NCBI GenBank assembly: GCA_041644975.1
Contig: JBAZQX010000007.1
Coordinates: 1,906 to 65,905, forward strand
DNA: 64,000 nucleotides
Direction: 5' to 3'
DNA from: Candidatus Doudnabacteria bacterium
Lineage (GTDB): Bacteria > Patescibacteriota > JAQUNI01
A model generated the notes under the pieces. That model saw only the letters and a program-made list of their open reading frames with translations, was not told where the DNA came from and searched no databases. The stretch's first letter is position 1, and every line of letters begins with the position of its first letter. A program made the translations under genes and the position numbers. Below, piece by piece: positions 9,111 to 18,583 of the stretch.

Positions 9111-9575
9111 TCAGCTTGCGAGCAACGCCGCGGGGTGGTCGTCGCCCCAGCCGCGGCCAAGCCAGCGGTAGCGCCAGGACCACTCGCCGCCAAAGAAATA
9201 GAGGCAACGGACACAGAGGTCGCCATCGGAGTAGCGGTAGATGGTTCCCCAAAAAAAGATATAAAGGATATTGCCATTATCATCTTTTTTCCACTCCTCG
9301 GGAATGAGATGGGGGTGAGTAAGGAGATAATCAAGGACATTAGCGTTCAGAACAGGCATATCCGCCAGTTCTTCGCGGAGTTTGTTGCCCTCAACATACT
9401 TGCCGTCTATCTGGTTTTCGGAAAGATAGAGCTTAACATTGGCAGAATCCCACGCAAACTGTCCACTACTTCCTTTGTCAGTGTAATGTTTCTCAACTTT
9501 CCAACCTGTGGGGAGGAAAGGATCGGCGTCGCAGTCAATAATGTGCTGATTCACATCGAGTATTAAATCACTCAT
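9111..9575 (-). CDS. Hypothetical protein
   Basis: 154 aa, GGAG upstream, natural composition (IFFWGTIYR...W-rich C-terminus). Confidence 0.7.
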   Translation of the reverse strand: MSDLILDVNQHIIDCDADPFLPTGWKVEKHYTDKGSSGQFAWDSANVKLYLSENQIDGKYVEGNKLREELADMPVLNANVLDYLLTHPHLIPEEWKKDDNGNILYIFFWGTIYRYSDGDLCVRCLYFFGGEWSWRYRWLGRGWGDDHPAALLAS

Positions 9576-10079
9576 TGTTCACTCCTTCTGATTGCAACAA
9601 TGTTCTTGCGAACGATGTTACGGGTTTTTGAACGCTGTTTCTCACCATAAGCAAGCTCAACCACATTGGTTTTGCCACAGTAGGAAAAAGCTCAAAAATG
9701 AGCTACTTTCTGCTATGGCAAATCGCAAATTCGTAAAATCAAGAAAAATACTTCAACCGCCAATTATACATCCAAAGCGACTTTTTGTCAAACACGATTG
9801 CTTAGCCTTCTGTTATCTGTTGGCTCCATACTCCCCAAGCGAAGCGAGGGGCTTTGGAGCCTTAAATGCGAAATAGGATTAAAGTTAAATAATATTTTGT
9901 TTTCACGGCTTGCATTATGGCCTGCCCGCCATTGGCTTCGCCAGCAGGCGATGGCAGGCGGGCTCCATAGTCCGCTCTTAGGGCGGAACTATGGAGCCAA
10001 TAAACTTAAATAGCGTATTTTGCAAAGTAAAACCGCAAAGTTCCAAAACACGCCCCATTTAGGAGCGTGTTTTTAGTTG

Positions 10080-10151
10080 AGCGGGTGAGCGGAATTGAAC
10101 CGCCTTCTCATCCTTGGCAAGGATGTATAATAACCGTTATACGACACCCGC
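10080..10151 (-). tRNA. tRNA-Gly(GCC)
   Basis: GCGGGTG/CACCCGC acceptor, CATCC-TTGCCAA-GGATG. Confidence 0.95.
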
Positions 10152-10154
10152 AGG

Positions 10155-10823
10155 TTAGATTAATTTTTCTAATCCTAATATCCAACCTTTGATTTTATTA
10201 ATTAACTCCATGTGAGACACCGAGACCCTCAATGTGCCATAAGGCAGACGATTGATAGTGCGTTTCCCTTTACTAGATGGAGTAACGCGAGAATAAGTTT
10301 TTAAAAATTGATTCTTGGGAATACGAGTTATTTTGGACCAATAATTAACCGCTCCCTCTGCGGTAACATTCGGATGAATCTGCACTGCAGCGAAAAATCT
10401 ATCTTCTCGAACATGGCAAATCTCTCGAAAAAACCTCATCATTAACTTGATCATACCGGGATCAGCATTAGAGAAATCCACGCGCCATCTTGATCGTTTA
10501 TGCCCTTCTGCCCAGTATAAAGCCACGCCTACTAAAAATAGTTCTCTTTTGGACAACTTATGAATATCTTGAGAGGCTAGATATTGTATCTTTTCCGCTC
10601 TCTCCTGCGCAAGCATGGCCCTTTTCTTATTAAATTGCGTTATATTATATGCCCATTTTCTGCGCGTTTTATGCCAAAACTTCTTTTTAATCCCAACAGG
10701 CATCTCAACATCCTTTAACCAATAAGAAAGGGTGCTCTTGGGGACTCCCAAAATTTGATTTATTTCATTATAACTCTTACCCTGTTTTCGCAACAAAGTT
10801 GCGGAATATTGCTTTGCCTTCAT
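10155..10823 (-). CDS. HTH plus LAGLIDADG-like protein lying between two tRNAs
   Basis: N-terminal HTH (LRKQGKSYNEI...VPKSTLSYW), LYWAEG helix, FSNADP, PYGTLRV. Confidence 0.7.
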   Translation of the reverse strand: MKAKQYSATLLRKQGKSYNEINQILGVPKSTLSYWLKDVEMPVGIKKKFWHKTRRKWAYNITQFNKKRAMLAQERAEKIQYLASQDIHKLSKRELFLVGVALYWAEGHKRSRWRVDFSNADPGMIKLMMRFFREICHVREDRFFAAVQIHPNVTAEGAVNYWSKITRIPKNQFLKTYSRVTPSSKGKRTINRLPYGTLRVSVSHMELINKIKGWILGLEKLI

Positions 10824-10895
10824 TATATTGAACCAATGACAATATAACTTTATTGTATCCCATTAGTTCAATACTGTAAAAAAACATATTGACGG

Positions 10896-11231
10896 TGCCG
10901 GGGGAGAGAATCGGACTCTCGACACGATGATTTTCCATTGCTCTCTCGGATTTCTCCGAGGATTGGACTATCTCTTCTCCTCACCTAGAAATAACAAATT
11001 CTCTTTAGGTGAGGGGCTGGGCGCTTAATGCAGGATTATTATTGGGATTCACCCGCTAGTCTCTACACCTTCTCCTCTAATTAAACCCATAAAGGAGCTT
11101 GGCTCGGGATTACCATATCCCTTTGAATAAAAGGATTTAGGCTTCCCCGAATTCACCCAGTTTGCGCTTCCATATCGCTATGAAAGGGACCGAAAATTCA
11201 GTCATCTGCTCTACCACTGAGCTACCCCGGC
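10896..11231 (-). tRNA. tRNA-Phe(GAA) interrupted by a group I intron
   Basis: Exons 11200-11231 and 10896-10935 join to GATGA-CTGAAAA-TCATC; acceptor GCCGGGG/CCCCGGC. Confidence 0.9.
10936..11199 (-). ncRNA. ORF-less group I intron (264 nt) after U33 of tRNA-Phe
   Basis: Exon U and terminal G; P1 GACU/GGUC with U.G pair; core GAATTCGGGGAAGCC, GGTAATCCCGAGCCAAGC, GTAGAGACTA, AAGAGATAGTCC. Confidence 0.88.
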
Positions 11232-11236
11232 AAGTT

Positions 11237-11372
11237 GGTAATCAGTAATTAGTAATTGGTAATTAGGGTAAACCCCGCACCGTCCGCCTTTGGCGGACTG
11301 GTGCGTGGGTAAACTCGCCCTTTGGGCGAGAAATTCCTGATTACTAGTTACTGATTACCGATTACTAATTAC
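11237..11372. repeat. Inverted heptamer array with nested hairpins
   Basis: (rGTAATy)n facing (ATTACyr)n; same family at 60332-60441. Confidence 0.75.
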
Positions 11373-13104
11373 TATTTCCTAACCCATTAACATAAACATA
11401 ATATCCTAAACTACCCAGGTTGTAAACCTTTAAATTGTAGTATGCCCCTCCTTTTCCCCAATCTTTCATAAACCCCCAGCCATTCCAAGAAAGAACATTT
11501 AAATTTTGGGAGATTTTACTTTCAGGATGCTCGTATGTTCCTTCCAAAGCGACCAGTTCCGATTTCTGATCCTTATTGAAATCTCCCGCCTCAATCTCTA
11601 AAAGAGGTTTGTCTAAAATTGACGAGCCCCAGATTAAATCAAGCTTTTCTTTTTTCAAATTATATAAAAACAAGTGGCTTCCCCAATGCTCTTTGTTTTC
11701 CGCATTCGCGAGGGGCGAGTTCTCCGCGTAATCCCCCTTTTTCCATAGGGCTAAAGCAAGGTCGGGTTTAGCGTCGCCGTTAAAATCGCCAACCGTATAA
11801 TCATTAACCACCCAAGCGGGATCGCTTTCCCAAATCTTTGTTTCATTTTGAAAAACTTTAACCAAGCCTTGATCCAAAATAATCTTTTCTTCTTTAGTGT
11901 CCTGATCTAAATCTTGATTAAGGAGAGAAGGAATCCCCGCAAAGACGACCCCGCTTTTCAAGCCCAAACTTGTTTCTTCTTGGTACGCTCCATTTTGAAA
12001 AGAAAAGGAAGGCTGTTCGTCTAAAGCAATGCCCAACATTTTAAGGAGCCTATTCTGTTCGCTTGGAGAAACAAACTGGGGCTGACTGTAATCAAAAATT
12101 TTGACGGGTAAAAAATTCAGCTCTACTACGCCATCGCGGTCCAGATAGATGTCCGCGACCATCCCCTCCCGCGTCTCCTCGCTCCACATCTGGTCAAAAA
12201 CAAAATTGCCTAAAGAATAGATAATATACTTGCCTTTATATTTTTCCACGGTCTGAAACCAATGCGGATGATGGCCGATCACTAAATCCGCGCCCGCGTC
12301 AATCGCTTGGCGGGCAAAAGCGATTTGCCCCGCGTTGGGAGCGCGCTTATACTCTGTGCCCGCGTGCATAGAAATAATTACCAAATCCGCTTCTTTTTTC
12401 GCCTTTCCTAAATCACTTTTTAAATCCTCTGTGTTCATTATCGCCGCGCCGGCGTTATTCTCCTTGGCTTCGGTGTTGCCAGCGTAAGTATAAGCTAAGA
12501 AGGCAATTTTAAGATTATTTCTTTCCACTATTGCCGCTTGATGCGCCGTTTCGCGATTTAATCCAGCGCCAACGCCTTGAATGCCCTCTTGCTCCAATAA
12601 TTCCAAAGTTTTTTTAAGACCTTTATCCCCTTGGTTCATAATATGGTTATTGGCTAGGGATAAAACATCAAAACCGACCTTGGTCAGCGCTCCCGCGCAT
12701 TCCGGATCCGCGCGAAAAACCATACTGGGAGTACGCACGGGCTCACCAGCAAGGAGGGGCGACTCTAAATTGCCGAAAGTGATATCGGCATTTTGCAAAA
12801 ATTGCCCCATTTTCCGGAAAGGATATTGATAATCATTATATTCCACCATCTTTTGGCCTACATTGCGCGAAAGCATCATATCGCCCACTGCCACGAGATG
12901 GACCAAAGGCTTCGCGGGAACAGGAAGACTCGGCTTTTCTAACACTGCTTCACTTTCCTCTTTGACTTCCGCGGACAGAGGCAATCTTTTTCGGCTCTCT
13001 TTAAAGTAAGTGAACGGCTCGTTAATAGGCAAAATTCTAAAAAGCGCCACCCCAATGATGACAATAAGCGGAACTATAAACCAGAATAAAATTTTGGAAA
13101 ACAT
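11365..13104 (-). CDS. CapA-family metallophosphatase domain with C-terminal FG-GAP-like repeats
   Basis: VGDMML, GNLESP, LANNH, HAGTEY, GHHPH, YSLGNFVFDQ; GDFNGD and GDFNKD repeats. Confidence 0.88.
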   Translation of the reverse strand: MFSKILFWFIVPLIVIIGVALFRILPINEPFTYFKESRKRLPLSAEVKEESEAVLEKPSLPVPAKPLVHLVAVGDMMLSRNVGQKMVEYNDYQYPFRKMGQFLQNADITFGNLESPLLAGEPVRTPSMVFRADPECAGALTKVGFDVLSLANNHIMNQGDKGLKKTLELLEQEGIQGVGAGLNRETAHQAAIVERNNLKIAFLAYTYAGNTEAKENNAGAAIMNTEDLKSDLGKAKKEADLVIISMHAGTEYKRAPNAGQIAFARQAIDAGADLVIGHHPHWFQTVEKYKGKYIIYSLGNFVFDQMWSEETREGMVADIYLDRDGVVELNFLPVKIFDYSQPQFVSPSEQNRLLKMLGIALDEQPSFSFQNGAYQEETSLGLKSGVVFAGIPSLLNQDLDQDTKEEKIILDQGLVKVFQNETKIWESDPAWVVNDYTVGDFNGDAKPDLALALWKKGDYAENSPLANAENKEHWGSHLFLYNLKKEKLDLIWGSSILDKPLLEIEAGDFNKDQKSELVALEGTYEHPESKISQNLNVLSWNGWGFMKDWGKGGAYYNLKVYNLGSLGYYVYVNGLGNSN

Positions 13105-13130
13105 AAAAAATAAATCAAAAATCAGATATC

Positions 13131-13263
13131 CCCGGCCCGCCCCGTAGTAGAGAATCTCACTACAGGGCCCGCCTCGCGTTAAATATAGTCTATCAATAAT
13201 TACTCATTTATATCTCTTGAAATAACATCAATTGGCAGACAAGTTAAAGGCGAGCGGGGCAGG
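13131..13263. repeat. GC-armed element with AT-rich core, copy 1
   Basis: Reverse complement of 53695-53795; extra nested hairpin at 13141-13167. Confidence 0.8.
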
Positions 13264-13354
13264 CAAAATGCAAAATGACGGATTAAAATTCAAAAAGAAT
13301 TAAAATTTTTACATTTTACATTTTCATTTTGATTTTTGATTTTTACATTTTGAT

Positions 13355-15694
13355 TTATTCGGCAATAAAACTCTCCGTCCATTTCGGCAAACTCGGCATC
13401 TTCTGACTACTTTCGCCGGATAAAATCTTCCACCATTCTTCGTCTGTTAAACGATTAGATAAAGGCTGTAGAAATTCATAATGAGAATAAATCCCTCCCT
13501 TCGCGATTTTCAGTTTACCTTCCACGGGCGCCACCACATAGATAGGAAAAATATTACCCGTGGCTTCTTCCAGCACGACGCCGTTCGGGTCAGTGGCAAC
13601 ATCGGCGACAAGCGCTCCAGGATGATCATCTACCTCGCTCGCGCTTTGGACATTCATATCCTTCATCACAGAGAGCCAAAGATGCTCCAGCTCCCCGCCG
13701 TAAAAACGGATAAAATTATACTCTTCCTCGGACAAACCCTTGCCTTCCAATTCTTTTTCCGCGATAATTTTGAGTTGATCCGCGATTTCTTTTAACTTAT
13801 TAATACTCTCCCCCTGTTCCTCTGATAAAATCCCGCGCGTTTCCAGACCATCCGAAAGCATCTTGGCTAGACCAGCTAACCTTGCGTAGACCTCTGGTTC
13901 GGGCTCCACATAGCCGCGGTCGTCATACTCTTCCGGGGGCCCTGCGCCCATTTCGGCATAAACCTGCTTGGCATAAAGAATCGTATCATGCTTTAATTCT
14001 GTCCAAGACCCAAGATAGCCGTTCAAATTCTTCCTTGTCCAAGCTTCATTTTGCATAAACTTAGGGTACCCTTCTCCCTTAGCAAGTAATATTGGATTTA
14101 AGGAATAAAGCCAGCCCCAATAAAGATTCTGGGTCCAAATTTTTTGGTCAAGACCTGCTAAATATTCACGCATCTTGCGCATATTTTCAGGATAATTCTG
14201 GTAATCATCCGCTCCACCTGCTTTTAAAATGCTGTATGCCTCCTCGCTACCCAAAGCCGCTGGAATATCCAACCCCTCCGGCAGCATCCTTCGCTGACCC
14301 TTTTTGTTTTCCTTAACCTCGCGGTAAATCAGTCTTTGGAAAATAGAGGCGTCAATCGTAAATCGCTGACCCATCACACGGAAACCCTTAATCTCTTCCT
14401 CGCGATCCGGATTAATTGATTCATCAAAAATAGGCATTGAGTTAATCTGTGGCGGCGCTAGCTCCTTGGCTTGTCCCATAAAAATAATGAAGTTGTCTTG
14501 CGAGAGCAATTTATCCAGATTAATATCATCGCCATAAACCCGCTTTAAAATCTCTAAATATTGGTAAAAAGTGATGTCGTCCGATTTACCGACAAAGAAG
14601 TTAGTCGGCTCGTAAATCTTCTCCCAATTCGTGAAATTCGCTTCTTTTTGACCTAAGGCTAAACTTGCCAAAATCGCGGAGCGGGTTTCATCCTCGCTTT
14701 TTTGCCTGAAGGTCATCCGACCATACCACATCATTGTTTTAAAATATCTTTGCAAATCTTCGGACTTGGAGTAATGACCGCGCGGAATATATTGCGAATA
14801 ATCTTCCCTATAATCAGCGCTATCCTGACCCTTATTCATTAAGGGCGACTCTGTAATACCCTCGCGCTTCTCTATGAGATTTAGCTCCTCCCCCACCACA
14901 TCCGCAACCTCTCCCCCCACCGGCGCCGCGGGTTCTAATAGTTTCGTGGCAATCGTGAAAAAGGCAACGTTGCGCAAAGCCGCGCTTTCCCAAGCCGTCC
15001 CGCGCAAAGCCTCTAATTGCGTTTCCGAAGCAGCGAGCATTCCGGCATCAAGTTCCCGCAGGGCTTGAATCAGCTTCTCCTCCTCTAATTTTTTCAAACT
15101 ATAGTCAAAGAGAAGGTGAAAATTGTGCAAAACCGAATCCACGGTAATGAAATTGGGCACAGAATCGTAGCGGTTGTTTTCATAAATCTGAAAGAACTCC
15201 TTATAGCTCCCTTCTGTGACCGCAAAAGCATTCTTTTCCAATAAATTCTGCGCCGCCGCGGTTAATTCGCTAAACTGCTCTTTATTTTCCACATTTTCTA
15301 AATCCTTTTCTATTTTGTAAGAAGCCACTTTCGGCGTTACGCTTACTTTTTCCGCCTCAAAGCTCGCGAAATTCTGCGCCGCCGCGCCTTTCACCTGCAC
15401 CAAACTCCCAATATTACTCTTAAAATCAAGGGCAGTGGCTGGCTTTTTTTCTTCTCCTTTGGCTTTAAAATAGCGATTATAGGCAACATAGCCCCCAGCC
15501 GAAACCGCAGCTAAAAATACCACAGCCGCCGCAGCGATTGCCCACCAGAACCATCTTTTTTTCGGAGAAGGCTCTGCTGGCAAAAGAGAGCTTATCTTAA
15601 GAGGGCTCTCCGACTCATTCGGGCTATCGCTTGTGGATTCTTGCTTGATCAATTCTTCTTTAGGTTGTTCTAAGGGAGTTTTTGTTTGTTTCAT
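13355..15694 (-). CDS. DUF3160-like membrane-anchored protein
   Basis: DYSQYIPRGHY, YFKTMMWYGR, GQRFTIDA, GSWTELKHDTILYAKQ, GYVEPEP. Confidence 0.8.
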   Translation of the reverse strand: MKQTKTPLEQPKEELIKQESTSDSPNESESPLKISSLLPAEPSPKKRWFWWAIAAAAVVFLAAVSAGGYVAYNRYFKAKGEEKKPATALDFKSNIGSLVQVKGAAAQNFASFEAEKVSVTPKVASYKIEKDLENVENKEQFSELTAAAQNLLEKNAFAVTEGSYKEFFQIYENNRYDSVPNFITVDSVLHNFHLLFDYSLKKLEEEKLIQALRELDAGMLAASETQLEALRGTAWESAALRNVAFFTIATKLLEPAAPVGGEVADVVGEELNLIEKREGITESPLMNKGQDSADYREDYSQYIPRGHYSKSEDLQRYFKTMMWYGRMTFRQKSEDETRSAILASLALGQKEANFTNWEKIYEPTNFFVGKSDDITFYQYLEILKRVYGDDINLDKLLSQDNFIIFMGQAKELAPPQINSMPIFDESINPDREEEIKGFRVMGQRFTIDASIFQRLIYREVKENKKGQRRMLPEGLDIPAALGSEEAYSILKAGGADDYQNYPENMRKMREYLAGLDQKIWTQNLYWGWLYSLNPILLAKGEGYPKFMQNEAWTRKNLNGYLGSWTELKHDTILYAKQVYAEMGAGPPEEYDDRGYVEPEPEVYARLAGLAKMLSDGLETRGILSEEQGESINKLKEIADQLKIIAEKELEGKGLSEEEYNFIRFYGGELEHLWLSVMKDMNVQSASEVDDHPGALVADVATDPNGVVLEEATGNIFPIYVVAPVEGKLKIAKGGIYSHYEFLQPLSNRLTDEEWWKILSGESSQKMPSLPKWTESFIAE

Positions 15695-15741
15695 ATTTTT
15701 TTTATTTTATTTAAAACATTTAATGCCGCGAAGCGTTGCAA

Positions 15742-15772
15742 TGTAGAGACGTTGCGATGCAACGTCTCTACA
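15742..15772. repeat. GTAG-type palindrome
   Basis: tgtagagacgttgc-gat-gcaacgtctctaca; relative at 47481-47511. Confidence 0.75.
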
Positions 15773-15875
15773 ATCATTATAATCTCTCTACCATTTAAAG
15801 GCAACGAAAAAGGGATTATTTAAAATTTTGATTTCCTCTCCCTTAAGAATTATGGTAGAATAATAATATCTTTAC

Positions 15876-16039
15876 CTTGAATTACGAAATTAGAGCACAA
15901 GTAACCCACCCCCGCCCGCCTCGCCTGAAGCGAAGCTTGTGAGCGGGCAGGCCTTCCCTCCTCTTCAAGAGGCGAGGGGGCATTAATTCCCCCCTGACAA
16001 AGTGATTACATAATCTAATCGCACATTTCGTAATTCAAG
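15876..16039. repeat. Composite element with CTTGAATTACGAAA terminal inverted repeats
   Basis: cttgaattacgaaa...tttcgtaattcaag enclosing C/G-run hairpins and a nested GC element. Confidence 0.7.
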
Positions 16040-16071
16040 AATCTTTATATTATTTAAAGACAACAAAACAA

Positions 16072-16596
16072 ATGAAGTACAATCTCAAAACCATCTTGTT
16101 CTTTCTTTTGATGTCATCCGCTGTCATTTTAGTCTCCTCCCCTGTCGCCCAAGCCGTCTGCCCAGTCTGCACGATCGCGGTTTGCAGCGCCGTGGGCTTG
16201 TCGCGCTGGCTCAAAATTGATGATTCCATTACCGGCTTATGGATAGGCGGCTTAACCGTTTCTTTAATCGTTTGGACCGTAACTTGGCTCCGTAAAAAAA
16301 ATTGGCGATTTCCGGGTATGCCCATTGCGGTCGCTCTCATATATTATTTAACTGTTTGCTTGACCCTCTACTTTGCGAAATTTTTAGGTCAGCCCGCCAA
16401 TTGTTTCTGGGGCGTAGATAAGTTGTTATGGGGCATCATGATCGGCAGTATCTTTTTTTCTGCCGGCGCTTATTTTTATTCTTATCTGAAGAAAAAAAAT
16501 GGCGGCAAAGCCTATTTTCCTTTCCAGAAAGTGGTGATGCCGATTATTCCGCTTTTAATTTTAAGCGTAATTTTTTATCTTTTAACCAAAAAATAG
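16072..16596 (+). CDS. Membrane protein with CPVC motif
   Basis: Signal-like N-terminus, CPVCTIAV, several TM helices, FPFQKVV. Confidence 0.75.
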   Translation: MKYNLKTILFFLLMSSAVILVSSPVAQAVCPVCTIAVCSAVGLSRWLKIDDSITGLWIGGLTVSLIVWTVTWLRKKNWRFPGMPIAVALIYYLTVCLTLYFAKFLGQPANCFWGVDKLLWGIMIGSIFFSAGAYFYSYLKKKNGGKAYFPFQKVVMPIIPLLILSVIFYLLTKK

Positions 16597-16754
16597 GGTT
16601 TATTTGTCATTGCGAGCAGTTCCTTGCACTCCTCCTGCACTGAGCGGGAAGGCAAGAGGGGAAGGGAGTGGCCCTCCCCCTGCCCGAGAGGGAGATGGAG
16701 GGGGAGGGAGAAGAAAGACCCCGCCCCGCTTTGCTCGCAACGACGGTCATATCT

Positions 16755-17288
16755 ATGCCTACACCCGATATTGAAAAATTAAACCAATTTATTCAAAAAG
16801 TGGACCAGATGAAAAAACAGGAAAAGATGGATCTCTCATCGGATCAGGATTTAAGTTTGGCGATTATGAACTTGGTGAGTATTGAGGAGCATTTCTTCTT
16901 CACAGGCGCGAAAACAGGCAGAACCGAATATTATGACTTGATTTCCGAGGTAAGGGAAATGCGCAAGGAACTTTTAAAAAAAATCATCAAGGAATACGAG
17001 GGTGAAATCTGGTGCATTTCCAAGCATCTCCTCGCCGCTTCCATGCGTTTAATGGAGGTGGGAACAAAACAGCTCGGGATAGGACGCAAGGAAGAAGCTT
17101 ATGATTTATTTGATAAGGCTTACAAACTTTATTCCCTCTTTTGGGGCTTAAATATGAAATTGATGAAAACCGAGGATTTAAAAAAAATTGACGCGAACGC
17201 GCTCAACAAGCACGACAAAGAGAAAAAAGGATTCTTGGGCAAACTCGGAGATTTAGTTAAAAAAGTGGTTGATTGCTGTATTGAATAA
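16755..17288 (+). CDS. Hypothetical protein ending in DCCIE
   Basis: ATG at 16755 after the repeat; SIEEHFFF, WCISKHLL; upstream GTG extension is repeat sequence. Confidence 0.75.
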   Translation: MPTPDIEKLNQFIQKVDQMKKQEKMDLSSDQDLSLAIMNLVSIEEHFFFTGAKTGRTEYYDLISEVREMRKELLKKIIKEYEGEIWCISKHLLAASMRLMEVGTKQLGIGRKEEAYDLFDKAYKLYSLFWGLNMKLMKTEDLKKIDANALNKHDKEKKGFLGKLGDLVKKVVDCCIE

Positions 17289-17318
17289 AAAAAACATCAT
17301 AAAGATTAACTAAAATCT

Positions 17319-17447
17319 ATGCCGAACACCCCAACCGAACCAACACCGCCAGGAAAATCACATCCTCGCTTTACTTACATTTTTTGGCGGTTAATTGTGC
17401 CAATCGTTGTCCTCGGTACCCTAGCCTTGATCTTTTGGTTGAAATAA
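17319..17447 (+). CDS. Small single-TM protein (42 aa, absent from the ORF track)
   Basis: MPNTPTEPTPPGKSHPRFTYIFWRLIVPIVVLGTLALIFWLK, followed by a terminator. Confidence 0.55.
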   Translation: MPNTPTEPTPPGKSHPRFTYIFWRLIVPIVVLGTLALIFWLK

Positions 17448-17465
17448 AGACTAAAATAGATCAAA

Positions 17466-17506
17466 TAAAAACAGATTACTTATTTTCAAAGTAATCTGTT
17501 TTTTTG
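17466..17506. terminator. Intrinsic terminator
   Basis: aaaaacagattactt-loop-aagtaatctgttttttt. Confidence 0.7.
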
Positions 17507-17735
17507 TTGTCTTGCCCGTCTTTGGCAGTAAATTCTCTTCAGCTTCATCTAGATTTAGAAAAAAAGAAGGGCGGTTTTTAGATTTCTCTCGCCGCCCCCA
17601 GTATTGGAATGAACAAAGTCATTCTTCTATTTACCTTTCCTCTGAAATAGGAGGAAATTTTGGCTTGACTTCCAGCTTGTTCTATGGTACTCTACACAGT
17701 TGTTCTTTACTAACTATACGAAAGGGGTGTGCACC

Positions 17736-18263
17736 ATGTTTATCCATCTTCTGGCTGGCAGTTTGGTATTTTTGTTTCTCGGAAAAGTTCTTGGGCTTGA
17801 GATTACCAGAACGTATCTGGTAGTCGGAGCTTTTTGGGGTATTGTTCCTGACCCAATCAGCTACATTCTGTCATGGGCGGTGAAATTTAACAAATGGGCT
17901 CATACGCACAGGGATAATTTTTCCCACTCGGTTTTTATGCCTATCATTGTGTTGGCACTTGCAATTCTTTTTGATTCCAAAATGGCAATCGTTGCGAGCA
18001 TAGCCATACTAATACATCCATTTCTTGATCTCTTCGGAATTGGATGGGGCGTCAAACTGTTCTATCCGCTTAGTAAAAAGACTTTCAAAATGTTTTACAA
18101 AAGGCGGATTCTAACAGTTTGGAATCAAAAAGAAGTCGATACCGAGGCGGAAAAATTCGGAGACAATGATTGGGTCAGGAACATATATTTTAGACCTAAT
18201 ATTGTCGGGGCGTCAGAATGGCTATCACTCGCAGGATTTTTGCTTTTGGTAGTAGCGAACTAA
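17736..18263 (+). CDS. YdjM-like membrane metal-dependent hydrolase
   Basis: H near start, PD, HRDNFSHS, HPFLD, GVKLFYP; TTGACT-17-TACTCT promoter upstream. Confidence 0.75.
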   Translation: MFIHLLAGSLVFLFLGKVLGLEITRTYLVVGAFWGIVPDPISYILSWAVKFNKWAHTHRDNFSHSVFMPIIVLALAILFDSKMAIVASIAILIHPFLDLFGIGWGVKLFYPLSKKTFKMFYKRRILTVWNQKEVDTEAEKFGDNDWVRNIYFRPNIVGASEWLSLAGFLLLVVAN

Positions 18264-18583
18264 ACTCAAGTCGTCAGTGGACTCAACGAGCACCACGGGC
18301 TTTTTTTGAAAAAATTAAAAAGGACCCAAATTTAAAATAAAAAAATTATAAAAAATTTCTTTCTGGCGGAGCCAGATACGCCTTGCTAGACGATATTGCG
18401 ACCTAAGAAGCAATTTCTCCTGTTGGTTCAATTCTCCCTGCCCACTCAAGCGCTTCGCCCGCCCGCAACGACTGCGTCTTGCGCTGTCGGGCGAGGCTTC
18501 AGGCGAGGCGGGCGGGTTGAATTGAACTAGATATTTCTGCAAAAAATTTTGGTTCAGGTTAGGAGACCTGAATCAACGAAAGG

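Noticed and set aside
16668-16754. N-terminal extension of ORF 16668..17288
   Set aside because: Lies within a repeat; ATG at 16755 is the plausible start.
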